NCBI GenBank assembly: GCA_949358305.1
Contig: OX442314.1
Location: 29,822,001 to 29,886,000 of the forward strand
DNA from: Strigamia acuminata
Lineage: Eukaryota
Direction of reading: 5' to 3'
Length of the DNA stretch: 64,000 nt
Shown: piece by piece, positions 19,320 through 31,286 of the stretch
Layout of the letters: the number at the start of each line of letters is the position of its first letter
How positions within the stretch are numbered: position 1 is the first letter of the stretch
Translations under genes and position numbers: made by a program
The notes under the pieces: model-generated
Told to the model about the DNA's origin: nothing
Seen by the model: the letters and a program-made list of their open reading frames with translations, nothing else
Database searches by the model: none

Positions 19320-20085
19320 CAAGATTTTAATGAGATTTTTAGGATTTGTACGAGATTTTTAGCATTTGTATGAGATTTTTAGGATTTGTACGAGATTTTT
19401 AGGAATTGTACGAGATTTTTAGGATTTGTATGAGATTTTTAGGATTTGTATGAGATTTTAGAAATTTCAGTGATTTAAATCAGTTTTTCTAAATCTATAT
19501 TTACATGTGATTTTATAGATTTTCATGAGTTTATCTCCATTCAAATGAGTTTTTCCAGATTTAAATGAGATTTTGCTGATTTAAATGAGTTTTTCCAGAT
19601 TTAAATGAGATTTTGCTGATTTAAATGAGATTTCGCAGATTTAAATCAGATTTCGCAGATTTAAATGAGATTGTGCAGATTTAAATGAGATTTCAAAGAT
19701 CTTAATGAGATTTCAAAGATCTTAATAAGATTTCAGAGATCTTAATGAGATTTCAGAGATCTTAATGAGATTTCAGAGATCTTAATGAGATTTCAGAGAT
19801 TTTAATGAGATTTCAGAGATCTTAATGAGATTTCAGAGATCTTAATGAGATATTAGAGATTTAAATAAGATTTCACATATTTAAATGACATTTTACACAT
19901 TTAAATAAGTTTGAAAATTTGATTTACATGAGATTTTAATGACTTTTTCTAGATTTACATGAAATTTTAATGACTTTTTCTAGATTTACATGAGATTTCA
20001 ATGACTTTTTCTAGATTTACATGAGATTTCAATGACTTTTTCTAGATTTACTTGAGATTTTATTGACTTTTCCTAGACTTACACA
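19320..20085. repeat. Compound minisatellite (several 20-bp unit types, then ~31-bp units) sharing a TGAGATTT core
   Basis: GAGATTTTTAGGATTTGTAY, GAGATTTCAGAGATCTTAAT and CATGAGATTTCAATGACTTTTTCTAGATTTA arrays. Confidence 0.9.
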
Positions 20086-21527
20086 AAATTCAAACATTTC
20101 AATCAAATTTTAAAAATCGAAAAAACATTTACAAATAAATTTTTAAAAAAAATGACAAGAGCAACCTCATTATTTTTTTTCTTAAACTATTACGAGATTT
20201 AGAGATTATTTCAAGCCAGCAAGAAATTTAACATCAATGCTAGCTCCCCTCCCCCCCCCCCCAAAAAAAAAATCCAAAACAACAAAAATTTTTCCTTCAC
20301 CACACAACACAAAAAGTTAACCAACAACTCCAACACAATTTCCTTTCCATCCCGACAACACCAACTTTTAATTTCTCCGCTTCATCGAACCATCCACATC
20401 AACTTTAAACCTCAGCGTGACTGACTTATGCCTTCCATTTAGGATCAAAAATTCATATTCAATGTACAGAAATTTCTTCCTACTATTGAGGCCCTAGTAA
20501 CATTTTTCCCCTCTCCACAAATTACCTATCATCCGAGATATAATATGCAGTCTTGTGAGTGCAGAGTATTTGAATGGTCCAACTTAAGCTGCTGTGAAGG
20601 ATTGAAAAAGCTTTGAAGCATATAAAGTGGGTTCCTTTTTCCTTTCTTCTGATTGGCCACTAACCGAAGATTGGCTCCTGCCGATAAGTAGACAGATGCT
20701 GCTATGCTTTTCAAAACACACCCTGGAGATGCTGATAGCGGTGTGCAATTCTTCGGTTGAAATTTTAAAATAAACGGGTCACTAATGGCTGCTGGCTTGT
20801 GTTTTAAAGTTAATGTCTTGTTTCTTTTTAACTTTTCAGGCCTTTTTTTCTCTCTTTCTCTTAATCAGGTTTGCTTAATGAATGTGACTGAGGAGACTGA
20901 GGTTTCCTGATTAAGTAAAAGTGGGAATTTGAATTGCACTTGAGGAAGTTTGATGTTTTTTTTTTTTAGTTTTTTTTTTGGGATGTTTTAACAGATGTCT
21001 GAAGTGAGATATCTATTTTTGTTAGATTGTATTGTTGTCTTGAGGGTGTTGTTTTGGGGTGAGATTTAACTGAATTTGGTTGATAAGGATGTGCAATTGC
21101 AGTGGAAATAGAAATTGTTTAATTTTTTTTTTTGGCGAGAAGGGAATAAAGTAATGAAATTTTCTAAGTGAATTATCAATGCGTTCAAATTGATTAAGCG
21201 AAATTTGCTGAAGTGATTTAAATTGATTAGGTTCTTTCAAGTTTTGGAAGAAGACGTTCAACTCCAGCGGCACACGAGCCGGTAGTAAAAATAACGTTTT
21301 ATTTAAGAGCGTTCAATTATCAGTCATTTATTTCACTTATTGCAATTGTGTTAGCTTTAAGTATTTGTTTAACCGATTCGAATATAGTGCCTGCCCAGGT
21401 AGCACAGGTGATCGAATTGACGTCGCATCTACATAGACTGCTCTGTGTTGAATCTGCATAGACCTGTTAATATCGATGCGATGTTAAATCTATGTCAATG
21501 TTCTATCCCAATTTAAATTTAACAATA

Positions 21528-22189
21528 GGTGCGTTCAATCTGCTAGCAGAAAGTCACTTAACTGACTTAACTGCCTTTCAGAGGGCGGAAGTGACGAAAA
21601 TTACGTCACATTTTGACAAAGTAAAGTCAATAAAGTGACTTTCAGGAAAGTAACTGGAAAGTTACTTTTCCACCTTTTAGAAGTCACTTACATGTGCGTG
21701 CGCATGCGCATTGCACATTTAAATAAGCTACAGTGGCAGCCATTTTGTTCTCGATCTAACTGGCTAAAAAATGAATTCGTCACCACCAAAAGAAAAGGTA
21801 TTTGGGAAAAGAAATGTGTTTCAACAATTTGTTTTACGATAAATTCACACGTGTGGCACACGGTAAATTCGCACGTGTGGCACACGGTTAATTCGGACGT
21901 GTGGCACACGGTAAATTCACGTGTGGCACACGGTAAATTTACACGTGTGACACACGGTAAATTCACACGTGTGGCACACGGTTAATTCGGACGTGTGGCA
22001 CATGGTAAATTTACACGTGTACACGGTAAATTCACACGTGTACACGGTAAATTCACACGTGTGGCGTGTGAAGTCTGGTGCTAATCTTAAGTGAAGTATG
22101 GTGCTAAAGTAAGTGTATTCAATAAAAAGTGACTTTGAGGAAAGGAAGGAAAGTGAAAGTCACTTCTTCTACCACAGATTGAACGCACC
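21528..22189. mobile_element. MITE with TA target duplication and an internal ~24-bp tandem repeat
   Basis: TA|GGTGCGTTCAATCTG...CAGATTGAACGCACC|TA; GGTAAATTCACACGTGTGGCACAC array at ~21840-22065. Confidence 0.85.
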
Positions 22190-22280
22190 TATAGATTTAA
22201 CATAGACCGCTCTATGCTGAATCAACAGAGAGCGGTTGATGTTGAATCTGTGTAGACCGCTCTCTGTTGACAAACAGATA

Positions 22281-22658
22281 CAGTCGAGCCTCGTTATAAC
22301 AAATCACAAGGGACCTGAGAAATCGGTTCGTTATAATGAAAGTTTGTTATAAAGATAAATTCCTTTTATCGTGGTTTGTTATAAAAATAAATTTGCTACA
22401 TTGCAGTTTGTTATAAAAATAAATTTGTTATAGCGCGGTTTGTTATAAAAATAAATTTGCTATATCGCGGTTCGTTATAAAAATTAATTCGTTATATCGC
22501 GGTTTGTTATAAAAATAAATTTGTTATATCGCGGTTTGTTATAAGAATAAATTTGCTATATCGTGGTTCGTTATAAAAATATATTCGTTATATTATATCG
22601 CAGTTTGTTATAAAAATGAATTCGTTATATCGCGGTTCGTTATAACGAGGTTCAACTG
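22281..22658. mobile_element. Tigger/pogo-type MITE
   Basis: TA|CAGTCGAGCCTCGTTATAAC...GTTATAACGAGGTTCAACTG|TA with internal TTCGTTATA repeats. Confidence 0.88.
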
Positions 22659-22782
22659 TATTATTGCCTTGAATTTTTCAAAATTGTAAGCAAAAAATTA
22701 AACAACGATCATTCATTGCGTAACTTCATGAATTTGAAAACAGTTATCGCAATAACATCTTTGTAAACAATTTTTTTTCTTA

Positions 22783-23014
22783 CAACTCAAAGACATGAAA
22801 TTAGAATACACACCTCTGTCAAAACAAAAGTTGTGTTTGAAATTACATCACACAAAAAATAATCAACATATGAATTATTTAATTCATTTTTTGTTCATTG
22901 TATTGGGAAAAATAAACATTTCGTCATATGTTGATTATTTTTTGTGTGATGTAATTTCAAACACAACTTTTGTTTTGACAGAGATGTGTATTCTAATTTC
23001 ATGTCTTTGAGTTG
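22783..23014. mobile_element. Fold-back MITE with ~90-bp arms and TA flanks (second copy ~31608-31862)
   Basis: TA|CAACTCAAAGACATGAAATTAG...CTAATTTCATGTCTTTGAGTTG|TA. Confidence 0.85.
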
Positions 23015-23502
23015 TATAGTATCATTTTTAATAAGGGAATGTAAACTCATATGAACTGTATATAAACAGTCAGCCATCATGCTTTGAGTGGTTCGGTCTG
23101 ATGATCTCAGGCTCGGATTAGAAAAGCCGATACAACAGTAGTGTGATTTATTTAAGAGGATCTTTCCAAAGGAGTGTGTGTTTTGCTATGGGGCACACTA
23201 GTTATATGAATTTTGAGAATGGTATGTAAATGGAACAATATTTATTGTTTCCACCTTTGAACCGCACACACTTTTTCTTGGCGCACAATTTGATGCTGTG
23301 CAGTGCAGTTAAATGGAGCAGTGATGGTGTGGTCATAGGCCCTGATCTGCTCAGTCAGGCTGTGTGCTTCTCCAGCTTTCTCAATTTCTTTTGGGAGACT
23401 TCAATGCTCAGCTGGTCATACTCTGGAATTTGAAGTTGTCTCCAAACACTCTGACAATACAGGAAAGCCTACATTTAACACCATGTTGGAAATAGAATAT
23501 AT

Positions 23503-23901
23503 CAGCGGTTCCCAAACTGTGAGGTGCACCTCACTGGTGGGGCACACCCATCACACACGCCTAAATAGGACAAGCTTTTTTTGCAAACTTATATACAATT
23601 TTATGCAAAACTATATAAAATCATATGTAAAATTATATAAAATTATTTGTAAAATTATATAAAATTATTTGTAAAATTATATAAAATTATTTGTAAAATT
23701 ATATAAAATTTTGTGCAAAATTATATAAAATTTTATGCAAAATTATATAAAATTATATGTAAAATTATATAAAATTTTGTGCAAAATTATATAATTTTTT
23801 TTTCTTTTTAGTAGTTTATTTTTGAAAAATTTAATGCAATGGCGCGGAAGATCCTCTTGCTTAAAAATGTGTCGCGATGGTAAAAGCTTTGGAAATCCCT
23901 G
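23503..23901. mobile_element. hAT (Charlie-like) MITE with an internal 22-bp AT repeat
   Basis: CAGCGGTTCCCAAAC...TTTGGAAATCCCTG flanked by a perfect 8-bp GAATATAT duplication. Confidence 0.88.
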
Positions 23902-26038
23902 GAATATATTGTTTATTATTGTCTCGGTGGCGGAGTGGACATCTTTAAGTTGTACAAACACTTTAAATGATAAGTTTTGATCGTTTTCTTATTTGATTGC
24001 ACATTATGTGCAAACATGCTTCGCGATTGGGGAATTGGACGATGTAAACAGACTATCATTCTCCACATGGGGATATGTGGGGAGCAAGTTTGTGGAATTT
24101 CCTTTCAAATTCAAATAGGGTCGAATTTATGTGTGAAAGGAATATTTGTATTCAGCAAATTCCTGATTCGATTGACAAGCACGGAAGCGGTTTGGATGTT
24201 ACTCCGATGAGATATTCTATTCTACTTTTGCCTACGATAGGCTTCTGAGCCGTGCACGATCAAGTGGACGTAAGGATTTTCATTAATATTTAACATTTTT
24301 CTAATGCGCTCTTTTTGCTCGTCTGCACTTTTGCTTACTTTTCAAATTGAGTCGGGTTGCCAGCAAGGCGACATGCAATTTGTATGCAGCGCATACACGT
24401 CGTCCTGGTTGTTGATGATGGGAAAGAGAGCAGGGTTCGTTACTTTTGCCATCCGCATCTGCGAAACCTGGATTTTTTTTTCCTTTCGCTTTCTTTCGCT
24501 TGTTTCTATTTACTGTTTCTTTTTTCTTTTCTTTTTTTACAACAAAAAGCTTTAAATGTGGCAAACTTGATCAAAGTGATTGTTTTTTTTAATTATCAAA
24601 GACTGTTAATGTGGTTCTTCAGTCTGAAGACGACTTGAATCTGCAATGATGTTTCCCAAGTTTTGACTTCTTAACCAACACTGCTGGACTAAAAAAGTCA
24701 ATTGTAGAGTTTTAGAGCTTCATTTGTTTAGTACAATGACATTATAAAATCAATATGTCAATGGGAAAAGTTTTTCACAGGAAAAAGAAAAGCTCCGGAC
24801 ATAAATTCAGATTACTTGGCAACCGAAATAGTGTTTCTGAAGACGAATAGTTTTCCTCCTTAAATCACTTAAAGAAGGGACTTAAAGAAGTGAATTCTTG
24901 ATTGAATACAATAAAAACTGAATTGAAATAAAACAAATTATAGAGGGCATAGTTACTACAGTATGCAGCAACATAGAACTACATCCCGGCAGAAGTGGCG
25001 CTACCGGACGTAATTCTATGGCAGGTACAGAAGAGATAAGTTGCTTCTATAAATTAAATCATTTTGTTCTACCATTTGGTAACCTCTGCCTCCACTTCAC
25101 CCATCTTAACCAATGTGAATGCAATAAGTACCTTTGACCAATGTTTCTCTTATAGTTGCAAAATGATCTCTCCTTTTGCAGATCTTGTCTTTATCTAAAG
25201 AGACCTTTGTCCTTTTTATGTGTGAGGCACACAGTAAAATGCTTATTAAAGGGGCTAATGTCATGAACTCTTTAAGTTTTATTTTTTCTACACAAGTTTA
25301 AGAATCTCTTCATTTCATATGCATAGGTTTAGTTGCAGCAAAAGCTCTTCTGTATTTTTAATGTAAAATCCACATTAGAAGGCAAGTGTTGGTTGGTTTA
25401 CTAACAGAGCCCAGTAAGTGCACTTGTCTATCACTTGCTTATTCCCAAACACATTTTTAATTTAAGTAGGTAACAGCATGAGGTTATGTGCTGTGCATTT
25501 AGCAGATCATGTTGGAGTACTCTATGGTCAAGTGAAGTCAGTCATAGAATGATCTCATGGGAGCATCTCAATAACTTTGAAAAGATAAAGTTTGAAACTC
25601 CATTCTTCCAAAGAATTTGAGAAAATAAATTCTTGAATTGCTCTTCTCCAATTCAAAGTAATTTTTGACTTAAAAAAATGATCAATTTTAAGTTTATTGT
25701 CGTTTAAATCTCCGTGTAACAAGTTTTTCGTTTAAACCGGGTCTTGTTGGCAGCCATCTTGGATTTCCGTTTGATCGTAAGTACAATTTTGGAGCAGTTA
25801 TTGTATGTTTAGAGTAAACAACAATAATGATCATCACTATGGTTATTATTTGGGCTGGAAACAATAGAAAAAAGCTAGGAAAACAAAATCTCGGGAAATC
25901 TCGTATGCGACTTGCAGCGAGGATATGACCTAGAACTTGATGTGGAATCCCAGATCAAGTTTGGTAGTTAAACAGAAACAAAACCTTTCATCTAAAAATT
26001 TGTGCAAGACTGAAAGTTAGACGTGAAGTTATTGAATG

Positions 26039-26200
26039 CGCCTAGTGTCATAAACACCGCCATCTAGTCGCAAATTGCTGCATTTTGGGAACTATTTCTC
26101 GCAATGCATTTATACTGGTGTTATGAATCTACCAACCAATGGGAGTATTTCAAGTACTTTTTGGAATAGAGTTTAGTGTCATGTGACATGACACTAGGCG
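26039..26200. repeat. Short element bounded by a 13-bp inverted repeat; mostly absent from duplication copy 2
   Basis: CGCCTAGTGTCAT...ATGACACTAGGCG. Confidence 0.65.
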
Positions 26201-29200
26201 AAGAAAGTAACAATTAATTTTAGTTTGCCTAAAGTATTCATTGGCATTTCCCAGTGCCTGATGCTGACTGTATGCGGCATAATGTCACCTGCACACACCA
26301 GATGGTGCAGAAGTTGCTGCTTGACTGGACTGGGCATGCGCAGTTCTTATCAACGGCATCTGGCCAGGATTACTAGAGAAATTGTAACAGCACGTTTGCT
26401 AATAGATTTACGAGGTGTGGTAAAACGTCTTCAGTCAGGCATTCCCTTTGAATTTTAGGGTTAGTACAGGAGGGTGTTACTAAAATTGCAGCTGGGAAAT
26501 TATAATTTGTCAGGTCCAATCTTTCTTCATTTTTTACCACCCTGGAAACAATAAAATCCTGGAAGAATATTTACCCTAAAGCTTTAAAGTTAATTACCAA
26601 CCATTATTATTTTCGAAATTTTTATGCAACATTTATTTTTATTACGCAATGGAAACGCTGTAAAAACAACGGTGCTTAAGCCACATGCAGGAAACAAACA
26701 AATTCTTTTCCAAGAATGAGGTCGTTGACAAATGGAGGTTAGGAAGAAGAATGCAGGACAACACTGTGCACGATTCAATCTAAGAAGTGACTTTATTCAA
26801 AACTAGCAGTTCACTACAGAATGAAAGCAGAAGGAAGTCGTTTCATTTATTTTACAAGTAAGATGCGTTTCATAAATATAAAGACACCCGCAAAAATTGG
26901 CTTTCCAGAAAAACGATTAAAACAATCACAAAACTGTTTGTTGCATAATTATAAAGCCAGGCACAAATTTTATCCAAAAAAAAATTTTTAAGAATCAAAA
27001 ATTGACACAGGATGGTAGTTTTATACGTACATAAATGTCATCTGTTACAAAAATTGTACAATTGTCTATTCCAATTGTTGTAAAAACAGTACATTGAGAC
27101 CCACTGATCGCCCAAAAAATTAAGATTCTGAGTGAAATATTGCACATCAGGGTCTGCTGGTGAATCAACAAGAAAACCATACATTAGTGCATCGAAAACA
27201 ACAACTACCAGAGGGATTAAGAGCACCAAATTTTTTAAATACAGGAAAGAAAAGCACGACCTTTTATTGCAATGTATTTTGAATTTAATGCGTTGGGTTT
27301 TGCGAGAATGCATTTTGTAATACATTTTTACGTGCTATTAGTTTGCAAATGATAACACATTTTGTAAAATTAAAACTCGTATTTCTTATACGTATCACAT
27401 AGATAGTAAAGAGACCTTGTGGTCAGTGATACAGTGTAGTTATCACTAATTATATGTGCATTTGCAACAAATAGCCTCACTTTAAGGTGTTGGTTGGTTA
27501 ACTTGCAAAGTTTCCATTTGTCTCGCACTCATTACAGAAAATCGATTATGGAAAGTTTAGTTGAGGGCTAAATTGTGTTAATTATCACCACACCAATGAC
27601 TTTCCTGTGAATTATAACCATGTGGCTAGAGAAATTTATGAGGACGACTGGTCATTTATTCGACAAAGATTAAGCAAAGTGGAAATGTTGGCTATAAGGT
27701 TTGAATTTTTCACAATTCTCTTTTCCGCAGGAACACTTGTGTGTGAAGATTCTAAGGACCGTTTAACAGGACACAAACACAGTCCAATACTTGTTTAGCA
27801 AGATAAGTTGAAAGAAAGTGTTGTACCAGTGGGTTCAAATAGTACAATTATCTCAAAACATCCAGCAAAGTATCTTGTAACTGCAAACCACAATTTCTCT
27901 CATTAAACCAAGGTTGAGAGATAATAGGTTTAGCCATCAATTAGTGCTAAAGATCTCCACAGGGACGTCTTAACACTTTTCAGCGCCCTGGGATTAAAAA
28001 AATTGCGAAATTGCATCCACATTTTTACAGTTTTAACGGTTGTAAATGCCGCCAACAGGTGGCGCAAAGCAATTGCACATGCGCTGCAGCAAAATGTGGA
28101 AATTTTGTGACCCAATGTTCGTGGCAAATCACTTTAAATTACAGCAAATCAGCAAATTTTATTGACTGATTTACTTATTTATAAATCTGTGCACAATGTA
28201 AGCTTGCTTCTACCTTTTCTGAACAGAAAGTTAGACTCATTGGGTGACATCACAAGGATTTCAGCCTATCACAGCTTACAATTGTTAGCTTAACTTATTT
28301 ATCTCTCAACCTTATCAGTGGAGTGCTCTGACCATAATCACATTTTGAAGAAAGGAATGGTGTGCAGCAATAAAAAAAAATGTTGACAAATGAAATCACA
28401 CGTTCATTTATTATAAATGGATATATAATAAATCCAATCAAACAATTTTTGCTAGCACAAGTCATGTTAAGAGAGCAAATTTTGGATGACATCTGGAACT
28501 GTATGTTTGAGTTAGACGAAGTGCTCTGCAGTAAAGCCAATCTGACCGAAAAAGATACGAAGACTTGTAATTTTTGTTTACAAAAAATTATCTCAGATGT
28601 TAGGAAATAATTTAACCTATAAATAAATAAATAAATAAGTAACTATGTTTTAAAGAGGATTTGTTTCTCTTAATTGCCACTAGTTGCCTAACCTTTGTGC
28701 AAGTTGGATCATCCTCACACTCTTATCTATTCTTGATAACAGAAAACAAATTAAGGAAGGCTTTGATCTTAAGATGTTTATCAAATTGTTTTGTACACAT
28801 GTCAGGAATGTTTGGGTTTTTTTGCTATAGCACTGATTGCATTTTGTGCTTTAATAATAATAATAATAATAATAAGTTGTCCCAGTCTATATAATTGCAA
28901 TCCGATAAATGTCGACTTTTAATTATTATGACTGGTGGAAGAACTGTGGCCACAAAAAAATTGAAAAAGCATTTTTATTGCTGGATATTTATGCATTTTT
29001 TAAAGCCTTTTCAGTGAAGTCTTTGCAATAAAGTCTTTGCAGTGAAGCCTACCATTCAAAATTGAAATATTTTGCTATGAAAATGCAAGCAATTGAGTTT
29101 AGATGTTAATTTATGTGAGACACTTTAAATTTTAAGTTATAATGACATTTATTATTCTCTTAAATGACTTTGTATAATTGATACTAATTGTGCTACAATG

Positions 29201-31286
29201 CAAAATAATAATTTTTTAAGGGGAGAAAAAAATACAATGGAACTTTTGTTTGAAATTGGGTTTGTATACCTTAAACAATTTTCTAGTGTTCCACCTTCTG
29301 TCACCACATTAGTCTGGGGCTCATCTTGTATTTTAATTCGCAAATTCTCGTGCTCTGCAGTAGAAAGAATTTAATTACACTGGAAAATAAATTATAAAGT
29401 CTAATTAAAACTATGTGGATTTTTCAAAAACAACTTTTTATTACCATTAAACTTAAATTTAAAACGGTTATAATAAAAAAGTGTAGGAAAATTGGGGAAT
29501 TAGACCAATATACTAAACTTTACATTTGCAGTTATAGCCAGATATTTCTCATGTGACAAGATGTCAATTTCTTCAGTGCTCCTCCATACTGCTCCTATTT
29601 TTCCTTTCCTCTTGTCATTTCCTTGACATAAAACTGGAAAAAAAAATTGATAGAGAAAAACTTTTATGGAAAAGAAGTTGATGTACTGACCATTGTTAAA
29701 GACAGAACAAATCAATACATTTGATGGTAGGAGTACAAGTATATTGGCAGTGGCTAAAATTATTTCTTTTTCTTTCAATAAAAAGTTCTCAAAAGTATTG
29801 ATGCATTTGTCATTACATACTTACTAAAATTTTATCAACTTTCTTTTAATTTTTTTTGTTAGTAGTTTTTGAACTATAATTGAATTTCTTTCTGAACTTT
29901 TGGATTTTTTTAACATATATTTTTATATTTTTATTTTTTATTTTTTATTTTTTATTTTATTTTAAAAAAATTTTTTTTTCTGAATTTTATTTTTTTCCAA
30001 CATTTTTCTTTTGAAAAGTTAAAACAATTTCCAAAGAGAAAATGTGGACCAGTTTTCTCTTTTTTAAAGAAGCGACACCCTGACTCAATTACAGCACAGG
30101 TTGTATTGACTTTGTAAGCCACAGTGCTGATATGTGACCCATGCTCTGAAAATGGAGTGGCACCGGCTTAGGTTCTCGTAAGCACAGGAGGATATGGCTT
30201 TGCATCTGCCCAAGCACAACAGTATAAAAGCCGTAAACCTTTAAACTAACGTATCTCCTTTGTCTTTGTGTGAATTTGTTGCCCATCAATGATATTCTCA
30301 CACATCCAGTGGAGATCAAATCTAGCCAATCACACTTTGAGCACTGTGAAAGCGATAGAAATAAAATATTTGGATTAACCTCAAATTAAATAAAGTTTTC
30401 ATTAAACCTTGAAATTTTAAGTTGTTAAATACCGTACTGCCTCATATAATAGCCGGGCAGTGTTTGGATCGCTAACCAACAAGAATAGCTTCGCTAAAAT
30501 TTCGCTTTTTCTTCAAAATTTACATTTTGCTAATTGTCGCTATCGTTAACTGGTACCAGTTAGCTAAAAAATCGTTAATTTTAGTTATTTTAGCCGGGTC
30601 CGAATAAACACCGGACTTCAAATTGGCGCCAGGGGTCGGCTCAAAAAAACTATTAAACGCGTTTAAACGAGGCGGTACGGTATATTCTTATACCAGCTTG
30701 CACACGATACAAAAATCTTCATCCTTATTGATGTATTGGTTAAAAAATCAGTTTTTCTTCCAAGTGTTTTTTTTGCTCCTCCGACCTGTTCGTAATAGCG
30801 AGGTTCGTGTAGTGTTTGCTCTGATATGTTTAGTTCAATTATTGTCACCAGTTGGTGCTAGTGTTTGTTGTGTTGTGATTGGTTGTTCGGAAATCGAGAG
30901 TTATTGTAATGGTGACTCGGTGAATAAACGATAGCAGTTAATGGACATCACATTTAATGCTGTTGTGACTATTTATGCAGTTATATCAAAGGATATTCAA
31001 CAGTTCGATCTGTGGTCATAAAAAGTAACAATAGATTGAAATGAAGACCGGTAGTCGCAAGTCATTTTAGCTTTATTCGGTTCACTTTTGGCAGAAGTTT
31101 TCGGAAATTCAGTTTGGTTTGAACATTGGTAATCGAAACAGATTTAATTTCAGTTCATCAAAATTATTTGATTTGATTTGTGAATTGGAGCACTTCAATC
31201 AAACCCAATAAAATAATGAAGGTAAACAATCCAATTGATGCAGTTGTTTGACGAGCACAGAGGTCTAAACGTCACGCATCTTCAGT

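Noticed and set aside
21635..21985. ORFs over tandem repeats and MITEs (also 42684-43199 and 51243-51945)
   Set aside because: Repetitive peptides that simply translate the DNA repeats
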